64,000 nucleotides of DNA from Takakia lepidozioides (Eukaryota; Plantae; Bryophyta), in contig CM060732.1 in the NCBI GenBank assembly GCA_030704615.1, positions 60,636,001 to 60,700,000 of the forward strand, in the 5' to 3' direction. Under the pieces are notes generated by a model. That model was given only the letters and a program-made list of their open reading frames with translations. It ran no database searches and had not been told where the DNA came from. Shown piece after piece: positions 51,456 to 64,000 of this stretch; the stretch's first letter is position 1; the number at the start of each line of letters is the position of its first letter. A program made the translations under genes and the position numbers.

Positions 51456-52337
51456 TGTACTACTGACACAATCTTGCCTTTAGATCAGCATTAGGAGGTG
51501 GTCTTTACCTGGGCAGAGAGCTTTCTTGCATTTGAAAAGCCTGTCCAGGGTCCCATGGGCCATAAGTAAGTTATGGGGGCTCAAGTAATGCAAGTACAGC
51601 CTTCTGCCCAGGGCAAAGATGTGAATCTGTCCACCTGCCAGGGGAGTAGTGAAAAACAAACAGCAGGTCTTTACTATATGGAAAAGTCTTGCCCAGTTAT
51701 TAAGGACTTATTCATAGCATATAACCTACCCCATGAAAGCTAAGGCAAGCCTGGGGAGTAGTAAGAAAAACTAACATTTTTCTTCCAAAAAAACGTTAAA
51801 GAATCTTTATCTTTATCTTTCCAAAAAAACCATTTATGGATTATAAACAGCTTTTACCAGAGATTTTACCAGACTTCATGAAATCACGCACTTCCAAGTG
51901 TGTCGGGATGCCGAGATGCCCCCGAGACATCTTATCAATTTTATCGGGGGTAAAAACGGAATGCTTACAAAGTTTCAGTTGTTTGATCTACTTCAGGATG
52001 CTACATCTATTTGATTTTCTTTTCTGTCTATATATTTCCCTTTGCTTATGGGGTGTTACTTCTTCACTTAGCATTTAGGGTGCGGATGATTTTTTTTTTT
52101 CCAGTACAGAGTTGCTAGTTGAGGAGGCTGGCTCTACTTTGCAGCTCCATGTCGTGTAGTGTAGTATTCAGAAACTTCAACCACTTGTGTACATCAACTC
52201 TACATTCTCAATTGATGAGACAAACTTTGTGAGCTAATTGTAATAGCTTATCTTGATGTTTTTGATTTGATCAATACTGTAAATTTTCTTAAAATTAAAA
52301 TTCCTAGCAACAGATTGGATGGGGTGGAAAAAATAAT

Positions 52338-53041
52338 CAGTGTTGTAGTGGTATGTGCCAGTAGGCCGGGGTATGTGCACTGGTATGAGTAAGGGTATTG
52401 TAGAACATACCAGTTGGGTATGTCTTGGGGCATATACCCCGGCTATACCATGGACCCGGGTTTTGAACACTGGACCTACCCCCTACTTACCATACCAGTC
52501 TAAGTATGAACTACTTTCATACTCCGCTTGAGACCCGTATTGAGGATTGATGAACCCAAGCTAGCATGGGTATGTGTAATGATACAATAGGGGTAGAAGG
52601 TATGGCGTACAATGATCAGCATACAAGGTACAATATGCAGGATTTCTTCAGTTTTTGTCATGGCGTCATCGAGCTTTTCTCCCATTTGTTACAATCCAGC
52701 CTTACAATACAAAGACCTTCACTAATTTATGAGCAATACAAATTAGTTTGCATGGGCATGTGTGATTCCATTTTTTTTTAACTTTTGTATGTTGGCCTCA
52801 ATCTGGTTTTAATTTCAGCTTTGAATACAGTATGATGACTGTTAGGGTATACCATACCATTGCACATGCTCCCCCCATATGTCATTTGAGTTTTTTCCAT
52901 ACCCATGCCTGACCAGGGTATCTCAAAATTGGAAATACCCATACCCATCCTATAACCTACCCTGGCCAGTCCTAATCTACCCCGGGCCCTACGAGTTGGA
53001 CCTACCGTTACCAGTCTGGTATGTCTACCAGTACAACACTG
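52338..53041. mobile_element. hAT-type MITE
   Basis: TIR CAGTGTTGTAGTGGTA / TACCAGTACAACACTG (1 mismatch); 8-bp TSD AAAATAAT/AAAATAAC. Confidence 0.85.
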
Positions 53042-54094
53042 AAAATAACCACCACGAGGCCGTGGAGGCTTTTACTGTAGTTCAAGGTTGAAAAAATATG
53101 CATACCCTAGTTGATATTGTATTGATATTGATAAATTTTTTGCCTTTCTATTGATACAATGTATACATCCCCAAAAAATACACTACTCATATTAGTATTA
53201 TACCTGCAAAATTCCGGGATACCAATACCTATATTCACCATACCAGGTTTGGATATTTGTGAGCTCTTGAGAACCAGAACCGGCTGGTATATCAAAAATT
53301 TATACCCGCTGTGTTGCCTTGGGACTGGGTCTCTGTCCCCTGTGTGCCTCCATGGCTCAGAAAGGTGGTTAACATTCCCTCTCAAAGCTCAGCGCCTCAG
53401 TGTGGCTTGGTTCCTTCAGAGAAAATTGTTTTTTTCTCTAATGGGTTTGCTGCGCATAAACAACAAACCATTACTGACGGCCTTATCCATAGACAGTGCA
53501 GGGAGCTGACCCTGCCCGAGTCAGTGCAGTGTCAGTGCAGCCTTCGTGTTTCCGTGTGAGTAAAGATCAGATGTGATTCACAATGCACATTCCTCACGCT
53601 GCAGTGCAATTACTGTTTCAATTTGGTCTACAGCCCAAGTGTAAGGATTTGTGCCTTCGCCATCATACAAAGCAGAGCGGGCAGAGCGCTTACATATTGC
53701 CTACGCTAATAAGGTGATACCACAAGAAGATCGTGAAATTATGGAGGTATTTGTGTTCGTTGCTGAATTCATCATGAGATAAGTAGTAGTTGAAAAGGGA
53801 TTCTGAGTCAGTGTTGAAACTTGAAGAAGGGGACGAGTCCCTGGGTTGGCTGTTCATGGGCTCTTAGATTCCCTTGAACGGGACCCACAGTATTTGATAA
53901 GACGAAGGAACTCAAAGGATAGCCAGCTTCCAACTTCCAACCCACGTTGCCTGTCTATGAGAATACATAAAAAGCGAAAGACTGGGTAGTCAGATTTCAA
54001 ACTTTTTCTAATATATATGCATACAATGAACAAATAGACAAACGGTTTCATAGTTTCTAGCCACCCCTGGAAGGGTGGCGCAGCTGAAGTATAA

Positions 54095-56137
54095 TCAGCG
54101 TCGTCTCTTCACCAACTTGAAGTGTAGCACTACAAAGCAAAGGACGCGATAGACAATAGCAAAGACGAGCATAATGCAAATGTTCACCCATTTGTTTTCT
54201 CCACTCAATCCTGCCTGGACCAGCACATCCTGTCCTGTGAGGAAGCAATGGCCCCCATACACCGGTCCAAAGCATTTGTCGCCCAGATACGAGTACTCGT
54301 TGATCAAAAGGGCATCAAGCGGGTACTTGAACAATGAGAGATAGTGCATGAAGAGCCAGTATTTTGGTATGTAGTCCTTGGAGATGAAGTAGCCGGAGAA
54401 TAGGAAGAAAGCTCCCATGATCCCTGTGACTAGTGTGTTCCCCATGATGAAGTTTGACACGAGCGCACTGAAAAATGAGACGAAGGAGTTGGCCGTCACA
54501 AGGACGAGCCATATCACTAGCAGGAAGAACAAGAAGGCACTGGAATCGCCTGCCAACCCCACCAGGTAGTAGACAGTCCCTGCATAGAGCAGTGCGACAA
54601 AGAACAAGAATGGAAGGAACACTAGTACACTTGAGAGTACGTAGGATGAGACGCGGTATGCCCCTCTTGACGTTTCTCTTGTCAGTATTTGGCGCTCTTC
54701 CAGGAAAATTGGGAGAACCTCAATGCTAGATGTAAGCAAGAATGTGAGGGTGAACGCAAGGAAACCAGCTCGCTCCATATATCCACGCGTCCCATAGCCC
54801 ATGTGGATGTAAATCGTTCCTAGTCCAATGCCTGCGCAAATTGCCTGGAGAGTGCGTGCAGTGAACAGCTGCCTGGTGCGGAAAACATTTTTGGTAAACC
54901 TGTGAGAAAGGATCATGATCTCCTGTGTGCTTGAGTTGGCAAAGGTTACCTTATCTTCTGCCATATCTTCAACACCTCTGCTAGGAGAAGGATAACCTTT
55001 CTCGAGGTCATGGACCCGGCTCGGATCTAACTCAAATAGTTCCTGTAATGTGAGGACAGGAACCTCTGTCTTGCCCTTAACGGAGAAAATTCCACTACGA
55101 TCTGAATCGAGAGAATCAATAGCGCCGATGGCATACTCTAACACATTGATCTGCGGGGGGATGAAGTGCCCTGCTGCAGCCAAGCGAGAAGTAAGCAGTT
55201 CCAGTGATCCATGGTGAACCACAGCACCTTGTGCCAACACCAGAACGGAGTGAAAGAGCTCCAGTATCCGATAACTGGGCTGATGTATAGTGAGAATGAT
55301 TGTGCGTGAATGTAACACTGCCATTGTGCGTAACATGCTCACGACATGTAATGCTGCTGCACTGTCCAGGCCCGATGTGGGTTCGTCCAAGATTAGCACA
55401 GCAGGGTCATGAATCACATCCACGCCAATGGACACCCGTCGCCGCTCTCCCCCAGAGACTCCACGGATATTCTCATTACCTATCCTTGACGTCGCCACAT
55501 GCCCGAGCCCAAGCTCAAAGATGAGAGCCTCCACCCGTGCCGCTTTCTCAGCCAGTGGGACAGTAGATGGAAGCCGTAAGCGGGCGCTGTACAACAAGGT
55601 TTCCTTCACAGTCAACATGGGAAAAAGAGCATCGTCCTGCATTACGTAGCCAGATATCCTGCGGAAGTGCTGCATATTCATGGGTAGCCCGTTGACGAGA
55701 ATGCTGCTGGAAGGGCTGCTCGGGCGAATGCGACCAGCCAACACCTCTAGAAGTGTGGATTTTCCTGCGCCACTGGGCCCTGCGACAGCCAGGATTTCTC
55801 CAGGCCGAGCTTCGCAAGTTATATGCTTCAGCACATAGTGAGCTGGCTTCTTGTACTGACCGACGTCCGGCTTCAAGTATTGAAAAGCCCCCTTCGAAGC
55901 ACCCTTACCTTTGACAATCTTATACGATAGATCTCTCAGTTCAATCTCGTACGTTCTAATGCGTGCCGGTGATGGTGATGGAGATACCAGTACTGCTACC
56001 CGTGATGACTTTACATGAGGCCGTGAGCTGCCCGTATCCTTTGATCTCCCTTCCCTGGACACCCCTGTGCATTCTCCGATGCATGAGCACACAACGTGAC
56101 CACGAGTGCCCTCCTTTCCAGGTTGGCCTGTAGACAT
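54095..56137 (-). CDS. ABCG: ABCG (WBC) half-transporter, intronless
   Basis: NBD-TMD order; Walker A GPSGAGKST, signature VSGGERRR, Walker B ILDEPTSGLD; hydrophobic ABC2 membrane domain. First in-frame ATG at 56137. Confidence 0.95.
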   Translation of the reverse strand: MSTGQPGKEGTRGHVVCSCIGECTGVSREGRSKDTGSSRPHVKSSRVAVLVSPSPSPARIRTYEIELRDLSYKIVKGKGASKGAFQYLKPDVGQYKKPAHYVLKHITCEARPGEILAVAGPSGAGKSTLLEVLAGRIRPSSPSSSILVNGLPMNMQHFRRISGYVMQDDALFPMLTVKETLLYSARLRLPSTVPLAEKAARVEALIFELGLGHVATSRIGNENIRGVSGGERRRVSIGVDVIHDPAVLILDEPTSGLDSAAALHVVSMLRTMAVLHSRTIILTIHQPSYRILELFHSVLVLAQGAVVHHGSLELLTSRLAAAGHFIPPQINVLEYAIGAIDSLDSDRSGIFSVKGKTEVPVLTLQELFELDPSRVHDLEKGYPSPSRGVEDMAEDKVTFANSSTQEIMILSHRFTKNVFRTRQLFTARTLQAICAGIGLGTIYIHMGYGTRGYMERAGFLAFTLTFLLTSSIEVLPIFLEERQILTRETSRGAYRVSSYVLSSVLVFLPFLFFVALLYAGTVYYLVGLAGDSSAFLFFLLVIWLVLVTANSFVSFFSALVSNFIMGNTLVTGIMGAFFLFSGYFISKDYIPKYWLFMHYLSLFKYPLDALLINEYSYLGDKCFGPVYGGHCFLTGQDVLVQAGLSGENKWVNICIMLVFAIVYRVLCFVVLHFKLVKRRR

Positions 56138-57529
56138 CCTTGTTGATCTTCTGGGCAACCCTGAAGAAGATGATCCGGACTCCAAATGAGACGTTACGGT
56201 ACGTGTTCGTCAGGTCCTCAGGTAGGCGACCCACCAGGGGGTGTCCTACAACAACTTATCTATCAAACTGGAACTGGTCCCTCCTCTTCGAACTGTACTC
56301 CAGATCCCCAAACCTCAAGCTAACCAAATCTTTCTCCAGCTCCATACTTTCAACCATCACTATCTGACTTCATGAACTCCCAGACCAACAGACCTGCACC
56401 CGTTAGGTTCTTGGAGGTAATGCAGCTCAATCTGCAGACATACCTAGAGCTGTTTCCCCGTGTTCTCTTCTCAGTACACGCACAACAGGAGCTTCCAGAT
56501 ACCTCTTCCTGAGCTTACCTCTTCCTAGACTCATAAACATATGGCCTAAAATCTTCACAGTATGTACAAGATTCTAGCGGCACTGGACTTGGAGCGGAAT
56601 GGAGCGGAATTAAGGGAATCTTGCAGGCACATGGATCACAGACACGAAGGTAACTAGTAACTGAGCTCACTTCAAATAAGAATCCAAAAGAGACAAAGAA
56701 TGAGCTGCTCGGGCACGGCAATGCAGGAAGCATGGCTTAAATGGGAGCAGCTGAACCGACCGCCATTCGCTGGAGAGAACGCGGCGACAGTGCGAGTCGA
56801 CCGGTGCCTTTACTCCCTTCTTCATTGCCTCTTTTCCCTCCCCTGTCTTTTCTAAGATCTCTCTCATTTAGAGCCCAAGAACTTTCTCAAGCATTTCTCA
56901 GGTTTTAGGTCTCTGCCATGGGATTAAGACTGCGATTAGTACTAACCCAGTTCATGGTTGCATAGATATACAGTCAAAGATTTGCACTAATCTGAGGTTA
57001 GCGCTGGATCAGCTGTTTTCTAAGGACTAAGAAAATCTAGGTTGAATCTTGCCTGTATTCAAATCCACCGCCTCTACCAAATGATTGGGAAATTCCCCAC
57101 TAGAATATTTAGCGGTGTGGTTCGGTGACCACCTCTGTCTAGTCATGAAGAGTCACCAGTAGAATAGTTATAAAATTAGCTGACATCAACCACACAGAGA
57201 GACTATACTCAAATACAAATCCAAGGTAACCCATTTATCATCAAGAATTTTGCCCAATCCGATGAGCCCCTTTGACACTTTGGAGTTTTTACATATGATA
57301 TATAGTGACCGAATGAATGAATGGGTATAAGTTAGTGCCAATGAGCATTCCAATAAAAACTGGTGCTTAGTCTTCAAGGCCGTCCCAGTCTCCAGACAAG
57401 GCTTTGTGGACTTTGTGGAGCATTCATCAGAGACTTTATGGCTCTTGCTATCTGCGTGACATGATGGCTCCTCTTCTTGCTCATATGTACATGAGGTTAG
57501 CATGTGTGTGTAATGTAATGGCACTTGAA

Positions 57530-57700
57530 GTTACTTAAGTTAAGTTAAGCTACTTTGTAGTAAACTAAATTACTTAAAACAGGGGTGGTGTGAACATTCA
57601 TACTTAAAAACCTATTGTTAGCACTAAGTAGCTGGTGGTGGGAATGGTGCCTTTAAGTTAAGTTAAGTTAAGCTACTTTAAGTTAAGTTAACTGTGACCG
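57530..57700. repeat. (TTAAG)n-rich small repeat or MITE-like element
   Basis: TTAAGTTAAGTTAAGCTACTTT occurs twice. Confidence 0.45.
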
Positions 57701-60528
57701 TAAGCTTCTGTTTGTAAGCACGACTTCAATCTCTCAATCCTTTCTCAATCCTCTTATAACTTTGTGTTGTAACTTGTCTTCACAGGGGGGCAAGGCCGGG
57801 GAAAGAGATGAATCAGATGATGCACCAGGTCTCTCAAGTGGAATCTCAAAAGAGAGATCCGGAGTCCGGACCCAGTGCCAGGCTTGAATATTCAAGCTAC
57901 AAGATTCAAAAGCTCTGTGTGTGTGCACTAAAGAGATCCCGCACTTTCTCTACTGGTTTATCCACTGGGCAGTACGTCTTCTTCCCTGGGTACCATGGGG
58001 TGTTGTTGTCGTTCATGGCCTATCCATGTCATTGCTGCAATGCTGCTCCAGATAGGGGTTCTTTATCTTGGGTAAACGAGATCCATGGCAGTCTGGCGGC
58101 AGTATGGAGGTTCCCCAAATCGAGGCTTGGGATTCTGAAATTCTCCTCCAAAAATAGGGGAGCTCCATTTAAGTTGGTGAAAATTTGAATGAGGGTGATG
58201 ACATCATGATGCTGTATTATTGGTGAGAATGGAACTGCAAGAAAAAAGGAAGAAACTGCACACGTTATTATTGGGTTATGAGTTAGCAGGTAACAAATGT
58301 GCAGTTACTGTAGAAATGACTCAGGGCTTATCCTCATGTCTTCAATACCCTGTTCACTCAGAGGTGCTACCTGAGCAGCTCCATATGAACCTCTTTGGGA
58401 TTCTTGAATATTCATGTTTCGATATTGCGAGAGTTGCGATTGGGCAACAGAATCTCCCATCTCCAAAAACAATGTCATGTATGTTGCCACAAAAAGAGAA
58501 GGAAAGTTGCACAAAGATGATGTAAAGAGTGCAGAAGGAGTGGGCCATGTCTATCCTTCAAGTTGGACGCTCCCTCACTATTTTGTGGGCTTCATAAGCG
58601 CCTCACATAAAGGAAAAACCGTTCACATTTATACTCACATTTGGGCTGCTCACTATTATACAATTTCTGCAGCACCAAAGTCAAATTTAACAAAGTTGGA
58701 GGCATATGTAGCAACAACCATAATGCGGTATGCAGGTGAGAAAGTGGGGGTGAGGGGGCTTGGGGGCGTGGACATTAAGAGGGGCAAGGCAGGCATTCAA
58801 AGTGGAGTTGAGTTGGAGCCTGGAGGGCATCAAAGTTCGGGGAGGGAAGCGAGTGGGGGCGGGGCCATCGCCTCCGGAGCAGGCAGGTCAACGATGCAGT
58901 CCAAGCTGCCTTGCCACAGCCTTTATGACGCCCCTGTGTCCGGCTGGCCTGCCACTCCACTCCTGCACAGAGCCTGGCGTACACCTCCCCTCCTGGCATC
59001 CCCAGGGTGACTTCCCAAAAAAGTCAAAATGAAGTGAAGTTTGGCAGGAATGTGCGCTGGTTCGAGGCTGTGTCAGTCTGCTTCAGACTGTACATATAGA
59101 TCTACCAAGCCATGGGTTAGCAAAGACTGTGGGCCCCAACTGTCCAGCTACCGAAAGTCTAGACTCTAGAACAGCCCGCTGAGTGGAAAGAAATGCGAAA
59201 TAGAGTTTGCCACAATGCCATCTCGGGGAATAATAAAGTGGGTATTGCCAGTGAGTGAGCCCTGGACCAGCTTGTGTGGGTTGTTGGACGCGTTTGTCAA
59301 CAGGGCATCACACAGATGGACATAAGATATCTAAACTACCTACAACAGAGAGCTGGCATTGAAGTGCATGACCCGGATCGGACGAGCCACCGGCCAAAGA
59401 GAACCCCTTGGATCATGCGAATCTCGTGAGAGCAAGAATAGATAGCACTCAATCATACAAAATTAAGGCGCTGTAACGGATGCTCAACATTGAAAATACC
59501 GAAGGAAGGTAGGGCTCTAGTTCCGTAGTGTAGGACCAAAACGTGTGTCTTGCCGCCTATGCCTGTGCAGTGCCATAAAACCCAACGACGAGCTGCTGGA
59601 ACCAAGCACATGTTATGCTTGATGAGATAATCACAGTGTATTGAAGTTGGGCGTTACTCGCCACCACGTTGTGGTTGTGATACAACTGTCAGATATACTC
59701 AAAGGCAAGCTAGAAACGTGGACTCAGACTTTGTCGACACTTTGTGCAATTTTTAGTGGGGGTGACAGGGTGTTGGTAGTTTCCAGGCAGTCTTTACTAC
59801 ACACACGGTGCAGGCCTGGGCTTGTGTCGAGGTAAACGGTAGGCTGAAGGTGGTGGTTTGGATCCGGCAGCTTGAGCGTGGACCACCCTTGTGGCAGGTC
59901 TACAACAAGCGGCATGCTATGGGCAGGTGTGAGGGGGATGGAGTAGCGGCAGCTGGTTGCTAGGGTGGCTGAGCGTATGGAGGTGAGAGAGACAGTGAAG
60001 GCAAGGGACTCCGAGCATGCACTGAGTCGGGATAGGCATGTGTAGTACTCAGGTGCGCTTCGGGTTACAGGCTGAACAGGGCGATGTGGGGAGGAGGTCT
60101 AAATACCCGCATATCCAATGCCATGGACGGCTAGTGGTCGTGGCGACGGGGTAATCGAAATGGCAGCTTGGACAGTGCATCTGTACTCGTGCACTTTGCG
60201 TAAGTAAATTTCTTCACGCCATCAGTTTGGCACCAGTGCTGAATCTGCTTACATACTCAAAGCCAGGTTGACAGGCTCCGGAGTCGTCTCTCTCTAATCT
60301 TTCTCTATCTCACTGAACCCAACGGTCATCGCCCGTGTGATCGCAATGGTAGCTTCGGTGGAGTAATATATACCCGTGGGATGAAAACCACAGCTGGATC
60401 CGGGAGAGTTGGTATCTCTCAGTGACTGAGCTTATGCGCTGAAGGAAATTTTACCGATGAACGCAGGGAAGGGTGGACTCATAAGTACACTCTTCATTCC
60501 GAGCTCCCAGCCTTTCTCAGGCCTCAAA

Positions 60529-63226
60529 ATGGCGGTTGAAAGAGCAGCTTTTGGGACTAAAGTCAGACTCCACTTGAGAGCTGGCGAAGCATCGCAGCTC
60601 TATGCGCTCACCTTCTTCTTCCTCTCTACAATCGCGATGGCAAATGCGGTGGTGCCTTCTATCCAGACGGATGCCCAAGCGCTGATGGATTTCAAGAATG
60701 CGGCAGACCTGGGAAACCACACAAGTTTAAGTGGCAGTTGGGGCGTCGGGAACCCCTGCGATGCCCAACGGGGCTGGGTGGGAATCGGTTGCAGTGTTAA
60801 AGGACGCGTGAAGTTTGTTGTACTTGAGAACATGAACCTCACAGGGACGTTCCCAAACAACACCCTAAGCAGGCTCGGCAGTTTACAGGTCAGTTTTAAT
60901 CTCCTGTGTAGCTCTTTGTGTTGAGACTTAACTATAGAAACTGTGAAGTCTCTCGTATGAATCATTTATCCCTCGCCTTTAAAGAGCAATTTTCTGTTTT
61001 GGGATCACACCCGTTTCCCTCACAATGAAGTTCATGGATGCAGGTCCTGAGTTTGAGGGGGAATGCGCTAACCGGCAGCATTCCTGCAGATTTGACAGAT
61101 ATTGTGAACTTGAAACAGATCTATCTAAGTGAAAACCGATTTTCTGGTGGTATACCGGTTAGCTTCTCCCTTTCCCGCCATCTCAACACTCTTATTCTTT
61201 CAAACAACAACCTCACTGGCCCAATTCCAACAGAGATTGCTGGAATGCCAACGCTTGACAGACTAAGACTCGAGAATAACCAGCTTTCCGGTGGGATTCC
61301 AGCAACAATTGCAGCAAGCAACTTCAATGTTTCTAACAACGTTTTGAGTGGCCTTATCCCTCCCAATGTGGCTGCGAAGTATGGTCCTACGGCTTTCTCT
61401 GGGAATCCAAATCTTTGCAGCACAGCTTCGGCCTGTGCGGCCCGAGGTGCCGGTGTGCCCCCAAGTTCAGCTGTAAAGCCTCTTTCCCCTGCTTCATCCT
61501 CCAATTCAGCAAACCCTTACCATGCTTCATCCTCGAGTTCAGCAAATAGTTCGCCTGTTTTATCCTCCACTACATCTAAGAAAGGTTTGAGTCCAGGCAA
61601 GATAGCAGGGGCCGTGGTTGGGAGCATAGTGGTGCTGATTATCTTTACTCTTGTCATTTCTGTTATCTGTTGGAAAAAATGTGCCCGGAGACCGGACGGC
61701 AGGCCCCAAAAGGGAGCGGATGCTCCGTCATTCTATGAATTCTCAGGCCAATTTTCTGGACCATATTCAGCCCAAATTGTGCCAGAAGAAGACAACTCAA
61801 TGGCGAAGCTTATCTTTGTCGATGGGTATGACAAGCCGTTCAGTCTTGAAGATCTATTGCGGGCATCCGCTGAAATGCTGGGCAAGGGCAGCTTAGGTGC
61901 CGCATACAAGGCAGTGATGGAAGGGGGTCATGCCGTCACAGTCAAGCGACTGAGGGACCTAAAAGACACAGGGAGGAGGAATTTCGAGCACCAAATGGAT
62001 ATTGTGGGCAGGCTCAAGCACCCCAATATGGCGCCCTTGAGGGCCTATTACTACGCCAGAGAGGAGAAATTGCTGGTGTATGATTTCTACCCTAATGGCA
62101 GCCTCTTCACCTGTCTTCATGGTCAGTGCTGCTTGCTCACTCCTCTCATTGATATGTACATACCTCTGGTAATCCTACATTTAAGCACTCCTGGGAGGCG
62201 TACACAATATGGGAGGCAATCAATGCGTTTCAAACAGTCTGAATGGGAAGATCCGGCATCAAGGAACACCCCAACTCATTCAGAATTGCATTAAGACCAG
62301 TCCTTCTGTGTGTGTTTCAGTAGAAAGAGTGTCACAGGGTAGCTTTCTTATAAAACATCTTAAATCTCCGTGACCTTCATGCGGAGTCTGATAATACGCC
62401 TCCCTTTCTTCTCGAGGCATCGCCTATCGATCTGGCTATGTGGAAGAGATCTTGCTGTGAGTATGAAGTTTCTTTGTTTGTGTAGTTAGAGAGAGCCATG
62501 CAAGCAGCCTAACAGGCATGCCGCAGGGAAGAGTCCAGAGCAGCCCCCGCTTGATTGGACCGCGCGGCTCAGAATCGCCCGCGGGGTGGCCCGCGGGCTG
62601 GACTTCGTGCACCGCGCGCCTGTGCGGCCGCTGCACGGGAACGTGAAGTCGGCGAACGTGTTTCTGGACAGCGCGGGCGAAGCGCGGCTGTCAGACGGCG
62701 GCCTGACCGGGCTGCTGGATCCCGCGGCGGCCGTGGCGCGCCTTGCGGGCTACCGCGCGCCGGAGTATACGGGGTCGCGCCGTATGTCGCAGAAGGCGGA
62801 TGTGTACAGTTTCGGTATTCTACTTCTGGAGCTGCTGACGGGGCGCATGCCGGGGCAGCACACCGACGCCGTCGACCTCCCGCGCTGGGTACGTGTGGCT
62901 TGTGTGGGCTTTTGTATGGGGGAGTGCGTGCGAATTGTGGGTTGATGGGTGTGTGTGAGTGCGCGCAGGTGAACGCGGTAGTGAGAGACGAGTGGACGTC
63001 GGAGGTGTTTGACAAGCAGCTGATCAGCACGTCCAGGAGGGAAGAGGCGGACATGTACGCGCTCTTGAAGGTGGCTATGGAGTGTGCGGCACACAATCCC
63101 GACAAACGCCCCAAGATGAGCAAAGCGTTGGAAGATATTGTAGCCATAAGGATGCCCATGGAACTGCGAGGACACTGTGAGGATATTTCAGAGGAGAACC
63201 CTCTCAACTCTTCTTACAGGATCTGA
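60529..63226 (+). CDS. LRR receptor-like kinase, LRR-III subfamily (probably catalytically atypical); exons 60529-60888, 61044-62121, 62527-62888, 62969-63226
   Basis: Signal peptide, LRRNT (SW...PC...WVGIGC), ~5 LRRs, TM helix, [28 protein letters not shown] (no catalytic Asp), DGG in place of DFG; GT-AG introns keep the frame. Confidence 0.92.
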
Positions 63227-64000
63227 TGACACTGAGTTCAATGCTAGGCCAGGCTGAAACATCTGCGGGTGTTGACGAGTGTGCGCATTTGCAGAGTGTA
63301 GAATTGCAGATATTCATTTCTTCAAGGATTGATGTGATGTAACAACAAAGGTTTCGGAAGGGATTGAAGGTTTGTGAAGTACTAGGGCATATTGATTAAG
63401 CAAGAGAGGGCCTGCTTTCTACTTCCTGAAACTCAATAGTGTAATCATATATACATGTGGGCTCATTGGAGCCCACAGTACATTGGACATAATGTGTCTG
63501 AAAGCTCTTGTGAAGGGCTCAATATGAGACACACCATCTACTTGAAAGAAGGCCGAAGATCTACTCATGGCTTGCTCATTGAACCTAATAGACCATGGCA
63601 GGACCCAAGAGCCCAACTGGACAAAATGTGGACATCAAGTTGTGAGAGACCTTTGCAATGCTCCTACACCCATCATTATGGAAATTCGAAAAATCCCATT
63701 TCGCTAAATCCTGCATTACACTTTGGAAGCCATCTCACTAACTCTGATCATACACGATTTTGATTTCTAGAAATTATTGGAAGTTTCATTTCGCTGCAGC
63801 CTATAATATGCACAGCTGCGTGACCATCTGCCAGGATATACAAGAGCAAATTAGAGCAGAACAAAGAGTTCAGTGTCACATACTTCACTTGCCAGAGTAG
63901 GTCCTTGAATACTGTTGCATTGCAGCCAAGTTTCCACTGAAAACTATAATGCTGCACATGCTTAAACTGAGGATACCATCATACCAGCGCTGCAGGGTCC

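Noticed and set aside
56138-56185. ABCG start at 56185
   Set aside because: The codon is TTG; the first in-frame ATG is at 56137.
57800-59900. ORFs of 100-200 aa between ABCG and the LRR-RLK
   Set aside because: No recognisable motifs or splice structure; probably intergenic or decayed TE sequence.

Overview
Eukaryotic, land-plant nuclear DNA, probably from a non-seed plant (inference from the style of the PLS-DYW protein and the retroelement lineages). The first ~24 kb is a nest of Ty3/gypsy LTR retrotransposons, solo LTRs and MITEs. It includes a 5'-truncated Athila/Phygy-like element (4445-13895) with a 3' accessory-ORF cassette coupled by a TAATG stop-start and with CACAGCC arrays; it and a second LTR copy both sit at the same phase of a GGCTGTG-ACAGK motif. 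From 25 to 49 kb lie a 1-Cys peroxiredoxin pseudogene, an unusual full-length minus-strand Ty3/gypsy element (30982-38943: dUTPase-like domain, tRNA-Ala PBS, 4-bp TSD, extra ORF before gag, no PPT, att-att-like palindrome, asymmetric LTR ends), and a PLS-PPR-DYW birth-and-death cluster (one intact editing factor, a DYW duplicate, a pseudogene and remnants). A 407-bp inverted duplication brackets much of this region. The last 10 kb carry an intronless ABCG half-transporter (minus) and a 4-exon LRR-III atypical receptor kinase (plus). All identities and counts were made by eye and no database was searched.
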